Shown piece by piece: positions 1 to 14,907 of a stretch of DNA of 64,000 nucleotides. A program made the position numbers and the translations under genes. The notes under the pieces were generated by a model. That model had not been told where the DNA came from. It searched no databases and saw only the letters and a program-made list of their open reading frames with translations. Origin of the DNA: Eledone cirrhosa (Eukaryota); the NCBI GenBank assembly GCA_964016885.1, contig OZ024740.1, positions 327,484,001 to 327,548,000 on the forward strand, in the 5' to 3' direction. Each line of letters opens with the position of its first letter. Position 1 is the stretch's first letter.

Positions 1-1061
1 GCATAAAACGCCTGCACACTCGTACACATAGATGCGGAAGTAAAGGAGGTAAGGGAGTGTAATAATTAAAGGAAAGTATCAATCTCGATATATTTATAAA
101 AATGTAACAATAAATTAGAAAGAAAAAATTTTAGAAAGAAAAAATTAAAGAAAAGAAGACAAAAAAAGGGTACATACATACACAGACACGCATGTCTCAC
201 AAAAGAAACGCAAAAATATATATGCTTATATACACACGCGCACTTACACATCCATACGTTCGATACGTACATACACACACACACACACATACTTACACTC
301 ACGCATAATGACCTGTTTGCATGCACACGCATAAAACTGAGTAAGTAAAAAAAGAAAGAGAGGGGGGGGGATAAGAAAGAAGGAACAAAACATAAAACCG
401 AGATGTCAAAAACACGGATATAAAGACACATACACATACGCATAATATATACATACACACACACACATACATATACACACACATATATATATATATATAT
501 ACATACACGCACGCGCGCGCACATACGTAGTCACTCATGTACATATATATAAAAGTATACACACATTAAGGCGTTCAGCCATATTGATACAGGGTGTAAA
601 AAAACTTGTGGATAAGTAAGTACAAATATAAAATTGTAAGATTGGCTGCGCAAAAATAAAAAATAAAAATAAAAATGAAAAATATATCTGGATTGAAAAA
701 CACAAAAGACAAGTATAATCACTTTTACTTCCGCATCTAAGTGTACGAGTGTGCAGGCGTTTTATGCGCGCGCCTTCATATTCATATATTTATGATGTAA
801 CTATTCTGTCTGTAGATTACAGACATATAGATACATTTGCCCTAAATTTTAGATTTACGCACACTTTTTCACTATACGTATACATATATGCATATACATA
901 TATGCACATCTGTGAGCGTATACACATACATATACACACACCTAACTATATTTCTTGATAGATTTTTATATATTTCAATTTCTAATTCATTTGTCTATAT
1001 CTTTTTTTGATTTTCTTGATGAGTTTTTCTAAGTATTTACCCATGTTTTATATTGCCTCGT

Positions 1062-1127
1062 CTGACGAACGAATGAAGACGTTTATTTCGTATTCGCCTC
1101 ATTCGGGAAACCTCTGGTAATGAGGTA
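1062..1127 (+). ncRNA. Hammerhead motif (type I, stem I decayed)
   Basis: CTGACGA-aCGAATGA..TCATTCGg-GAAA-CCTC tggtaat GAGG-TA. Confidence 0.6.
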
Positions 1128-1226
1128 ATTATATTGTATTGATTTTTATACATTAAATTTTGCTCTGATACTTACATAGAGCACTCTTCACTTCTATGAC
1201 CTTTTCTGTTTCCAACGGAAATTTCA

Positions 1227-1399
<173 letters not shown>

Positions 1400-1863
1400 A
1401 TTTGCCTAATTTGCATATCGAGTGAGTTCAGTCGGCCGGACACACCGAAAACGATATATATATATATAACACATATACCTGCATATGGGCATATATATAT
1501 ATTTAAGTATGTATGTATACGTACATACATATATGTATACAGACGTACAGTAGTATGTATATATATACACAAATGCACACATATATATATGCACGTATCG
1601 GTTTACCGAACATTTATTATAATGCGCGGTTTGTTTGTTTGTAAACAAACAAACAGCCCGAATTACGCCGTACAGTGTTTAGGCAACCACGTCACCTTTT
1701 TGTTTCATTCTATTCCATTTATTTCATTCTATTCCATTTATCGTTTTCGGTGTGTCCGGCCGACTGAACTCACTCGATATGCAAATTAGGCTACTCAGCC
1801 GTTAATATGCATAAGGAAAGTATATACTTTCAGACGTTCAACCATCTGACAGGAAGGTATACG

Positions 1864-1900
1864 ATGCTGACGATAGGTAATAAGCTTGAAACTAGTACAT
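1864..1900 (+). ncRNA. Minimal type I hammerhead
   Basis: ATG-CTGACGA-taggtaataagctt-GAAA-CTA-GTA-CAT, with palindromic ACTAGT; stem II is weak. Confidence 0.6.
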
Positions 1901-2281
1901 GGTTCCTGTGTCAATGTTGAACAAAAAGGTGACGTGGTTGTCTAAACACTGTACGGCGTAATTCGGGCTGTTTGTTTGTTTACAAACAAACCGAGCATTA
2001 TATTAAATGTTCGGTAAACCGATACGTACATATATATATATATGTGCATGTGTATATATATATACATACTACTGTACGTCTGTATACATATATGTATGTA
2101 CGTATACATACATACATACTTACATTTAAGTAAGTGCCGTACTAAGAGTGAGAAATGTATGTATGTATATATGTGTGTATATGTGTGTATGTGTATATGT
2201 ATATATATGTATATGTGTATATATATATCTATATGTGTGTATATATGTATATGTGTGTGTATGTGTATGTATGTGTGTATG

Positions 2282-2320
<39 letters not shown>

Positions 2321-2346
2321 GTATATATGTATTATATATGTATATA

Positions 2347-2462
<116 letters not shown>

Positions 2463-2541
2463 TGTGTGTATGTATATATGTGTGTATATATATGTTTGTA
2501 TATATATTTGGACATCCTGCAGGACTAAAAACAAAACCTGT

Positions 2542-2988
2542 CAAAGGGCAAAGGAGCTCTTAAGAATCAATGGCCATCCAAAAATCACCGGGAGAGATGA
2601 CCCCTTAGCCTTTGTCAAGGCAGAATTCTAGGAGAAGGAAAACTCTGATATAACACCTGCAACTCTGATGGTATCCAATGATTTTGACTTGTTCTTCTTT
2701 TTGGTAAATATCATCTTGGTTAAGAGAGTGGCACTGGCTTTGTGCAGTGCCTTTGCTCACTATAAAAGCTTCACAGCACAGGCATTTCTTTATATCTGGA
2801 GATTTCTCTGCACTTGTCGTTACATGGTACCATGGGCCCAGCACTATGTGTCAATAATTGTCACAAGTGTAGTGTTTGTACCAGAGTTTTCAAGTCGCTG
2901 GTTGAACTAAAAAGTCACACTTGTTCAGCGCATCGGTAGGGGTTCTCCTACATGGATATAAAGTAGTGGCCGTACTCGAAAACGAGTT
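2542..2988 (+). mobile_element. Short non-autonomous RTE-like element (about 450 bp)
   Basis: Near-identical reverse complement of 40905-41350. It contains TAGGAGAAGGAAAACTCTGA, which I recognise as an RTE 5' motif, and an RTE-like 3' end. Confidence 0.6.
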
Positions 2989-3328
2989 ATATATGTGTAT
3001 GTATATATATTCTATGGACATTATATTGCACTGATTATTTAATTTATTAATTCATCATTGACCCACATCGTGAATGGTTGCCAAAACATATATATCTGTG
3101 ACTTTGTCTAGTTTGTGTATATGTAAATCTTTATATATGATAATCTTCAATAAGGTTGAGATGCAATTTGGGCAATATTGGGCTGCACTTTCTAGCAACC
3201 AGCCCACTCGCCGTAAGCCACCAATCACATTCTTTCTGACTTGACCACTGCCACGTCACAGTTCTTAGCCATTTTGAATTCGTTTCTGGCGGGGTTCATT
3301 TAAGAAAAATCTCTGTCCAAGTGAGTTT

Positions 3329-3409
3329 GTTTCCTGATGAGTTCGAAGCTCGTGAATTTATCCTTGATAGGTTATTTCCGGAAGCGAACGAAACCCTAAG
3401 GGTAGAAAT
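3329..3409 (+). ncRNA. Type I hammerhead
   Basis: GTTTC-CTGATGA-GTTCG..CGAAC-GAAA-CCC taa GGG-TA-GAAAT. Confidence 0.8.
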
Positions 3410-3769
3410 GTAATCCTGGTATGTGTATATGCATTTGTTCTTCTAACTTTAATTTTATACCTAATTGTATACCTAATTGTGTATGGTTGACGGTGGAGAG
3501 AGAGATGTAAGTGGGTGTACGTTGAGATGCGTGGTGTGTATAAGACGTGTAGAAGAATGAGAGATTTAATCTCTCCCAAGGTAACTCTCTCTCGTGTTGT
3601 TATTTTAATTTTATCCTTTATACTCTTTCCTTCATTCTTCTACACGTCTTATACACACCACGCATCTCAACGTACACCCACTTACATCTCTCTCTCCACC
3701 ACCGGATCTTGTTACCCGGAGATTTACCCATTTGCATTGTCGAGGCTTCCAAACGACTTAAAGATATTT

Positions 3770-5571
<1,802 letters not shown>

Positions 5572-5795
5572 TGGGTAATAGGAACGAGTAGGACCACGAC
5601 GGCTGAGCTCAAGCCGTTTCGACGGCTAATTCTGGAATTAGACGTCGAAATGTGTATATATATATATATATAGAGAGAGATTTTGAGTTTATCCCCAGTG
5701 AATTAACAACCCAGCAAGGAACTGGGCATATCAGAGTATTGACAATATCATACACCTAAACAACATATGTACTTGTCTATACCATACTAATTCAA

Positions 5796-5850
5796 ACTGC
5801 CTGAAGAGGTCACAGCCAAAGATGGCTGTCACTGAAATATATATAGCAGT
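5796..5850 (+). ncRNA. Type I hammerhead
   Basis: ACTGC-CTGAAGA-GGTcACAGCCA aaga TGGCTGTcACT-GAAA-TATATATA-GCAGT. Confidence 0.8.
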
Positions 5851-5894
5851 AATAAACGAAGCTAAATTTTAATCATTTGACTTTTATTTAACTT

Positions 5895-5936
<42 letters not shown>

Positions 5937-6203
5937 CTGTGTATGTGAATGTGTCTGTTGACACCTGGAATTTAGCTTAAGAGGAACATGACAATAATGA
6001 TATGATAGGCACCCAATATTTTGAATTGGTTTATAGAATTCTCTTGGCCTGTGTTACTCTAAGTAGAGCTTTGAAGAATTTTACTGAATTCCCTTTTACT
6101 GTATTTCCTTTTCTTTCAACCAATGACCTCCACCCATCCCACTCCGCACCCTCTCCGACCACCTGAAAAGATATAAATACCACAACATTTATTTTGGAAA
6201 ACC

Positions 6204-6254
6204 AGATTTCTGATGATTTCTAAAGAATGAAACAGTTCTAGTCCTGTAGAATCT
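6204..6254 (+). ncRNA. Type I hammerhead
   Basis: AGATTT-CTGATGA-tTTC taaa GAAt-GAAA-CAG ttctagtc CTG-TA-GAATCT. Confidence 0.78.
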
Positions 6255-6480
6255 CATCTATATTTAAACTTTTATACTCTGCTATGTATTGAGTACCTTA
6301 CTTACTGTGGTTACCTCCGATTCAACCCGGAATAACTTACCTATATATATATGAATGTATGTATGGTATATTTGGCAATATACCGTATGTTTAATTAAAA
6401 ACATTTAGAAGACCATACGCTATCAGTTTTAAAGTAGTGACTATGTCACTTACTTCTTTTCGGTGAAAGAAAGGAGAGAA

Positions 6481-6520
6481 GCTGACAGTCTGTTTCACGC
6501 TGGTTGGCGTTCATCAGAGC
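6481..6520 (-). ncRNA. Minimal type I hammerhead
   Basis: Minus strand: GCT-CTGATGA-ACGC caacca GCGT-GAAA-CAGACT-GTC-AGC. Confidence 0.8.
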
Positions 6521-6830
6521 CACACACTCCCCTGCTTCGGCCGAAAATTATAGAAGCTGGATTCTTAGAGAATTCCAGTAATAATCAGGAGCTACTATAC
6601 AGAGCGATTGTAGATGTATATATGTACATATATATATGTATATATATATATATATCAGATAGGGTGTGGCAAAAACCAGCTAGACCATAATCCACCAGAG
6701 TACTCGATACTTGGGGTAGTAGAGTGGGTAATATGAAAAGATTCAGTACCCCGACGGAGTTCGGATCTAACTATCGAAACGGCCGGAGCTCAGCCGTCGG
6801 GCTCCTGAATTTTTTCATATATATATATAT

Positions 6831-6916
<86 letters not shown>

Positions 6917-8239
6917 GTGTGTGTGCAGGTCTTGGTGACACGATAAAATACACCTCATACACTCTGCTGATTACAGGGACCGATGTATGTGAGATGAGAT
7001 CAGTGGTACCTCAGTATCTGAGGTATCAGTGGCTTCGTTTAAGTACTGACTTAGTTTAATGCTTGCTTGCAGGGAAAACGGATGTCAAATGAAGATGAGG
7101 ATGTTCAAAAGATAACATAAAAATATTAGAAAGTATGTTATGTAATACATTTGGATTTATAAAGCAAGATGAGTAAATATGGTCAAGATAGATTATAAAC
7201 ATCTAATGAACATTTACAATATCACCGTCAACACTAGTTTTGTAAAATTATTGAATACACTTGATAAAACTACTCATGCAGCCAATCTGAATATCTGTTG
7301 AGAGGAGCTGAACATGCAGCTGGTTCAGCCTAGCTCATCTAAATGCATAAAAAATGCATAAAATGCATAAAAAATGCATATCTTGGAAACAGTATATACG
7401 TGGCAAAATGTAAGCACACTGGCTGTCACATTAACAATGTTTATTAGAAGCATGTAACAAATGGCGTGGTAGAACTTGGGACTTAGTAAACGTGGTGTAA
7501 TTCAAATGTCTTTATGTGAGATTATAGGCGAGAGAGGTGTAGGACGAGAGTTATGTTAGCGGTAAAATCGGTTAAAAAATTAAATTCGCTGCTAGTTTAA
7601 GATAAATAAAATGATTTTGTTGCTAAGTGTATAATACTCGTGTTTACATTTAAGGTGAATATTGATGTTCACCATTATAAAGTTATCTTATCAATACAAG
7701 AATAAGTAAGGTTTATATATTGTATTTATATGCATATGGCAGGGAAAATATTCAAGCCATTGAATGGTTTCAAATAATATGCGAATTAGTAATTATATCT
7801 TAGAAAGGCCGTTATTGGTATTCTATATTTTATCATAATAACCGTTGAATAATGCCTTACGTTCACTCTTCGAAAGATAAGTGTTGGCTATTTGATGATA
7901 AGCAAACTCTGTTGATTATGATAAAACCTTTTGCGACCTCGATGAATATATACAAGCGTCTACGTTTTAAAGTGTAAAAGAGAATCCGTGTACTATTTTT
8001 GTACTATTTGTGTGAAATTGTTAAAGAATTGATAAGTATACATTTAATGTATTGTTGATATGGTATAGTATGGTATCGTAACACCTGATGGAGTCGTAGG
8101 GACGCCGTATTGACATACGGCGTTTCATGGGTATTTTAAGCTTGGCGGAACCCCTCCCTCTCCGGGCCTGAGTACAACAGACTTCTCCCAGAGAAGGATA
8201 TAAAATGAGGGTGGAAGAGTGAAAGAGATGTAGAGAAAG

Positions 8240-8795
8240 AATCGACCCCAGTACTTGACTGGTACTTTTTTATCAACCTCGAATAGATATACGGCAAAGT
8301 TGATATAGTACCAGTAAAACACTGGGTAATTGCTGGCCTTGTGCCAAAAGTAGAAACAATTATTTAAGTAAATCAGGGCGATAGATTGTCAGAATCGGTA
8401 GAGCGTCGAACAAGATGCTTTGCATCATAAAGATACATCTCTTTATATTCTGAGTTAACTTTGCCTTTCATCATTACGGGGTAGATAAAATAAAGTACCA
8501 GTCACGCACTGGGATCGAGTTAATCGATTCTCCTCCCATAACAAAAAAGAAAAAAATTGCCTGCCTTGTACCTAAATCAGAAAACATTATTTAAGTAAAG
8601 CAATGGCGGTGAATGGCAGTATCGGTAGAGGGTCGGACATGCTTTCTAGCACAGTTACGTCCTCTTACGATCTGAGTTCAAATCCCGCCGAGGTTAACTT
8701 TGCCTTTCATCCTTATGGGGTCGATAAAATAAAGTACCAGTAATATACTGGGTATTTGCAGGCCTTGTGCCTAAAAGTAGAAACAATTATTTAAG
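8240..8795 (+). mobile_element. Cluster of tRNA-derived Nin/Deu-type SINEs (1 partial + 2)
   Basis: A box TGGCAGTATCGG, B box GAGTTCAAATCC, core TTGCCTTTCATCCTT..GGGTCGATAAAATAAAGTACC and tail GAAACAATTATT. Confidence 0.85.
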
Positions 8796-9243
8796 TAAAG
8801 CAAACATCATGGGTATATTTTGGAAAACCAATGTAGCTGGGAGAATAAATATTCTTAGACATATACTTATGAAACGCTAAATTTTCTGTTTTGTTAATTG
8901 GGATATACATATATAGATATTAAACTGCCGAAATAGCATAGCACATAAATTACTATCAACGGAAATGTATAATAAAACCGTAAGCTTAGCAAATATATTT
9001 GTAATTTCGTTGTTAGCTGTGAAATTTCTTTTGACAATAGTACGAATTCATTTGTCGTATATCGTTTAAATTCATATAATTTATAGGTCGCACTTATTAG
9101 TGGTGTTAAAATCATTAAGATTTGAAACACAGCTTACAGTATATATGAAATGATTTAAAAATAAGATTTAGCATTGGACAGCGTCCATATGATATATTTG
9201 CATATCTTTACAGACACAATATATCAAGTGCCGCAAACCAATG

Positions 9244-9708
9244 TGTAGCGGCCCCTTACGGCTGTGACTCAGCACGTATAAGAGTTACGTCCCTTTGCGA
9301 CGGGCGCGACTCCCAGCGGCAGATTCATGTACTAAACGGAGTTGCGTCCCCCCTGGAGACTATATAGTCGAGGACAATCAAGCCATAAGACACACTCTAC
9401 TCCTGAACGTCAAAGGGACAAAAACACCTGAGACTTTGTCAAGAGATGACTCTAGTTTCACTTCCTTCGCACCCAAGAAGAAGAACACCGGTAGCCTAAA
9501 GAAACGCTTGAACCTTACCAAGAGATCTTTTCTGTTCTCCTCCACACACTCCAGTCTGGGAGTTGTGACCACCTGAATATCAACATGTGGTAACAATTAT
9601 TTATATCAATTTATTTGACTTCTGTGAAGTAAAACCATGTCACAAATCTCACCTGCATTTATTGTCATTCTTGATAATATAAATATACATTGATACTAAT
9701 TTCCTAAA
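9244..9708 (+). repeat. 5' LTR
   Basis: Matches 14499-14907 up to about 9652. The end is inferred from the adjacent PBS-like motif. Confidence 0.8.
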
Positions 9709-10304
9709 TTCGTGACCTGACGTTTAAAAAAAAAAAAAAGAATGGGAAACGGTACCATGTGTATATAAAAAAAGAGAGAGAGAGAAAAAAAAACATTTAA
9801 TACAGAACAACACACTTGATTCTGATATGGCTGTATTGACCGAGCTAAATATATTTCTCTGTAACACTTAACATCAAACTCTTCATATGTGCAAAACAAA
9901 CACCCAAAGTTATTTACACACAAACAAACAGCAATTGTACGAATGTTTTTCCTTCTTTTCTCCTTTTCTCCTTTTCCCTGGCTAAAATTTTGAGGATGAC
10001 AAGATGGCGGCTTTCTTCTCCATCATTAGTGTTTTTGGCGCGAAATAGTCCGCCATGTTGGATTTTGTTTTAAGTTCCCTGCCTATACCTTAGTAATAAC
10101 TGTTTCTACTTTCGGCACAAGGCCAATTACTCAGTTAGTCGCTTCTTTGCATATTGTCCCGGATGCATTATTTTTCCTGTCCAGTTGTTTGACAGAGAAA
10201 AATAAGCGATTTTGTTTTCCTTTTCTGTTGTGTTGGAGACATTTTTCCAAACGGAGACTATTATTATTATAATTTGTTCTTGGTAAATTACCTACGGTAT
10301 ACCA

Positions 10305-11099
10305 ATGGATTCTCACTCTGTTCTACCAACGTACACGGGCGATGTAAGGCTATGATTCGCCCAACACGAAGCATATTTCGAGGCGAACAGAGTTGACGAG
10401 ACACTACAACGTCCTCTGGTCCTTAGTGCAATTCCGCCGGCACTTCTCCCAGCGATTAAGGACCTGGTGTTAGAGGCACCCACAGACTCGACGTACACGT
10501 CTCTGAAGGCTGAAATACTCAGCCAGACTGCACAGTCTGCAGAAAAAAGGTTTAGGGCTCTGGTCCATCTGGAGCGTATAGGAGATAGCAGCCCATCGAA
10601 CCTCCTAAGGCGAATGAAGGACCTAACGGAGGGGTCAGTAGCGGAAACTGCCCTGCTGAAGCAGTTGTTTTTCTCGCGCCTACCGACCAACGTACAGGCA
10701 ATTTTGGCCCCCATTAGGGATACTTGCACGGTGGATCAGCTTGCCGCCTCTGCGGACAAAGTTTTCGAAGTGACGGGTGCCGGAGGCAGCGAACCCCTTG
10801 CCGCTGTTCACCACCCAGCTCGGGCCACACCTGGCCATGCCATCTACGCGGCAGTGCCAATAGACAGCTCAACCATTATGGCGATGCAGGAGTCCATTCA
10901 GGAACTCACCCTGGAGCTTCAGAAGATGAAGGTCTGGTGTTGTTCCCGTTCGCGCCCCCGAAGCCGCGGGAGATCTCAATCTTTTAGACGCCGTCTCAAA
11001 TCACCAGCTTCATCTTTATGCTGGTACCATGCGCGATTCGCCGAGAGAGCGAACCACTGCGTGCAACCTTGCTCGTTTCATAAGGCGGGAAACGCCTAA
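10305..11099 (+). pseudogene. Gypsy gag with an early in-frame TGA
   Basis: The ATG at 10305 is in frame with the 10467 ORF. Motifs include IGDSSPSNLLRRM and a C-terminal CWYH..F...A..C..PC knuckle. A GGGAAAC slippery site lies at 11087-11093. Confidence 0.85.
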
Positions 11100-14000
11100 G
11101 AGGTCCGCTGATGGGGGCAGTTGACCTCAACATAAAGCCACCAAACCGCCATTTCTTCATTAAGGACCTTATGTCGGGAAGAGGTTTCCTCGTGGATATA
11201 GGAACCTCTTGTAGTATTTGACCGGTCCATTGCCTGAAAGATACCCCCGAAGAATCATCCGTTACTCTGCAGGCAGTTAATCACTCGTCTATAAAGACGT
11301 ATAAGCAAATCTCGCTTCCTCTCAAATTCCTAAATCTTCGTAGGGATTTTAAGTGGATTTTTACGGTTGCCGATTTGCCATACCCTATCTTAGGAGCGGA
11401 CTTCCTCCACAACTTCTCTTTGACTGTGGACGTCCGTGGCCAACGCCTAGTGGATGACATCACCGGTTTTTAAATTCGTGGGCAGAAAGCTAATTTTCCA
11501 ACGGTTATCCCGACCTTTTTCATCGCTAATGCTGGGAATCCCTATCATGCATTGTTGAATTCTTTCACACAGCTTACTCAGGGAAATTTTCGAGTTGTCG
11601 AACCGACTCACACAACGGAGCATTTTATCTCTACAACTGGCGCCCCAGTGTTCTCACGTCCACGCCGCTTACCGGCGGACAAAATAAAGGCAGCACGGTC
11701 CGAGTTCGACCATATGCTGCAGCTGGGCATTATTCGCCCATCTTCGAGTCCTTGGGCTTCACCGTTACACATGGTGCCCAAGACTTCCGGCGACTGGAGA
11801 CCCACTGGGGATTATAGGAGGTTAAATGCTATTACCGTCCCGGATAGGTATCCCATTCCCCATCTCCACGATTTCGCATCTTCATTGCAGGGGTGTAAGA
11901 TTTTCTCTAAACTAGATTTAGTGCGAGTTTACCACTAAATTCCGGTCAGGAAGGAGGATATTCCGAAAACGGCGATTACAACTCCTTTCGGATCCTTCGA
12001 ATTTTTTACCATGCCTTTTGGACTCAGGAACGCCGCTAGCACTTTTCAGCGGTTCATAGACGAAGTCACTCGTGGTCTGGACTTTGTTTATGCTTACATA
12101 GACGATATTCTCGTCGCTAGTTCCTCTCCGGAAGAGTATATGCGCCACATGCATCTCTTATTTCGGCGACTTCAGGATTACCGCGTTCGTGTGTATCCTG
12201 CAAAGTGTGTTTACGGTTCCACTTCGCTAAATTTTTTAGGCCACCACATCGACGCCGAAGGTATTAGGGCGCTCCCTCAGCGAGTTCAAGCCATACAGGA
12301 TTTACCTCCGCATACTACACTTCACCAGTTGCGTCACTTCTTAGGCCTTATCAATTTCTATAGGCGTTTCGTTCCTCATTGTGATAATTTGCTATCTTCC
12401 CTTACTGACATTTTGAAAAATCGTCGTAAGAAGAATGAGGACATTTCCTTGACACAAGGACAGCTTCAAGACTTCCAGACTGCCAAGACAGCACTCGCTA
12501 GTTAATCTTTGCTAGCCCACCCGGTATCAGAGGCCAAGCTTTCGCTTTGTGTTGATGCATCTAATACCGCTGTGGGAGCAGTTTTACAGCAGTTCAACGC
12601 TGGAAACCAACAACCTTTGGCATTTTTCTCGAGGAAGCTGAAACCAGCAGAAACGCGTTACAGCACGTTTGGGCGGGAATTATTATCCATATATCTGTCG
12701 GTGAAACATTTCTCTCATATTCTTGAGGGGAGAAATTTTACTGTTTTAACCGACCACAAACCTCTGACCTTCGCTTTGAGGGCTAAAGCCGACAGATATT
12801 CACCCAGAGAGACAAGGCACCTGGACTACGTTTCACAATTTACAAATGATATCCAGCACATTGCTGGCTCGCATAACATAGCTGCAGACGCATTGTCACG
12901 ATTGCCAATCAGCTCCATCTCGTCATCCCAGGAGATCGACTTAGGTCGTTTAGCTGCAGACCAACCTGCACTCCAATCGTTGGATACTCTTTCTGCCGAA
13001 TTTGCGACTTGCATCTTCAAATATCTGCCCTTGTCGACCACCGACAGGCATATTCTATGTGATGTATCTACGGATTCACCACGACCTGAGACACACCGTT
13101 GAATTGTGTTCCTTGCTTTGCACAGCATTTTTCATCCATGAATTTCTGCCACAGTAAAGCTTATAACGGCTAGATTTTTCTGGCCCAATATGAGGCGAGA
13201 AATTACTGTAAAAAATCTAAAGTCCACAGACACATCCGGTCTCCACTTGGTACTTTCAGTACTCAAGATGCTCGGTTTCAACACATCCACATTGACATCG
13301 TTGGACCTTGGCCATTCAGCAGTGGATATTCGTACCTCTTGACCTGCATCGATCGTTTTTCGCGATGGCCTGAAGCCATCCCCTTAAAAGATATTACTGC
13401 TGAGACTGTAGCACGTGCCCTGGTATCAGGGTGGATTACCTGCTTTGGGGTTCCAACTACAGTCACCACAGACCGTGGTAGACAATTTGAGTCTCATCTT
13501 TTCTCTGATCTCACAAAGATCATTGGCGCTCAACGGATTCGGACCACAGCCTATCATCCTACTTCAAACGGAATGGTAGAACGATTCCACCGCCAATTAA
13601 AGGCCGCTCTTCGCGCCTATCCAGACTCTCAACGTTGGAGCGAGTACCTTCCTATCGTGTTGTTAGGAATTCGGTCATCAATAAAGGAGGACCTTGGGTT
13701 CTCCCCGGCCGAATTACTGTATGGTGCTCCTCTAGCGTTGCCTGGGAAAATGCTTTCCCCTGTTGATCTTGCTTTCCAGGACCCTGTTTCCTACGTATCT
13801 CATTTGCGCTCCTATTTTCAGGACTTACCGCCCATGAATACTAGGAAACAAACTATTAAAGCTGCAGTCCCGAGGGATATTGCCTCGTGGACACATGTGT
13901 TCGTAAGAAACGATGCCGTAAGACCACCCCTCACACAACCGTACTCTGGACCCTACCGTGTATTAGCTCGTTCTGATAAACATTTCACTGTAGACATTAA

Positions 14001-14346
14001 GGGATCCAGAGAGACCATTGCGGTTGATAGACTTAAACGGGCCCACACAGATGCTAACACTCCTGAGCCGCATACACCCCCATCTTTCTCTTTTGCACAC
14101 ACACCTGTTTCTCCCCCCCCCCCAACCCCACCCCATCTCCAAGATACAAGACCACGACCCGTTCCGGTCGAAGAGTCCACTGGCCCAAGTAACCCTTCCA
14201 AACTTTTATCATATGAACTGGCCACTGGAGCCTTTTTGGAAACAAACTCTGCCAAACTGTTTTCATGTAAACTGGCCACTGGAGCCTTTTTTGTTTTTCT
14301 CTTTATTGTATTACTATGTACCGTTTCTTTACCATTTCATGCCTGA
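11100..14346 (+). pseudogene. Gypsy pol (protease, RT, RNase H, integrase) broken by stops and frameshifts
   Basis: Motifs: [28 protein letters not shown] (12095-12106), [41 protein letters not shown]. Confidence 0.93.
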
Positions 14347-14498
14347 TTTCATACATGTACCCCTTGCGTTGATATTTCATGCCTGATTTCATACATGTAC
14401 CCCTTGAGTTGATATTTCATGCCTGTGCTGGGAGCCCATACTTGTGGGTTCGCTACAGTTACCTTCGGGCGTTTCGTCTAGCGTCTGGAGGAGGGTAC

Positions 14499-14907
14499 TG
14501 TAGTGGCTCCTTACAGCTGTGACTCAGCACGTATAAGAGTTACGTCCCTTTGCGACGGGCGCGACTCCCAGCGGCAGATTCATGTACTAAACGGAGTTGC
14601 GTCCTCCTGGGGACTATATAGTCAAGGACAATCAAGACATAAGACACAATCTACTCCTGAACGTTGAAGGGACAAGAACACCTGAGACTTTGTCAAGAGA
14701 TGACTCCAATTTCACTTCCTTCGCACCCAAGAAGAAGAACACCGGCAGCCTAAAGAAACACTTGAACCTTACCAAGAGAAGCTTTTCTGTTCTCCTCCAC
14801 ACACTCCAGTCTGGGAGTTGTGACGACCTGAATATCAACATGTGGTAACAATTATTTATATCAATTTATTTGACTTCTGTGAAGTAAAACCATGTCACAA
14901 CTCTCAC
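14499..14907 (+). repeat. 3' LTR (may extend, diverged, to about 14943)
   Basis: Direct repeat of the 5' LTR, immediately after the PPT. Confidence 0.85.

Larger units (their letters stand above)
9244..14907 (+). mobile_element. Ty3/Gypsy LTR retrotransposon, full-length but decayed
   Basis: Similar LTRs start TGTAG at 9244 and 14499. A PBS-like TTCGTGACCTGACGT lies at 9709-9723 and a PPT GGAGGAGGG at 14487-14495. Domain order is gag-PR-RT-RH-IN. Confidence 0.95.

Noticed and set aside
8605-8700. tRNA gene
   Set aside because: A and B boxes are present but there is no cloverleaf; it is the head of a multi-copy SINE.
9295-9596. ORFs inside the LTRs (also 14597-14848)
   Set aside because: No recognisable domain; they recur only because the LTR is duplicated.
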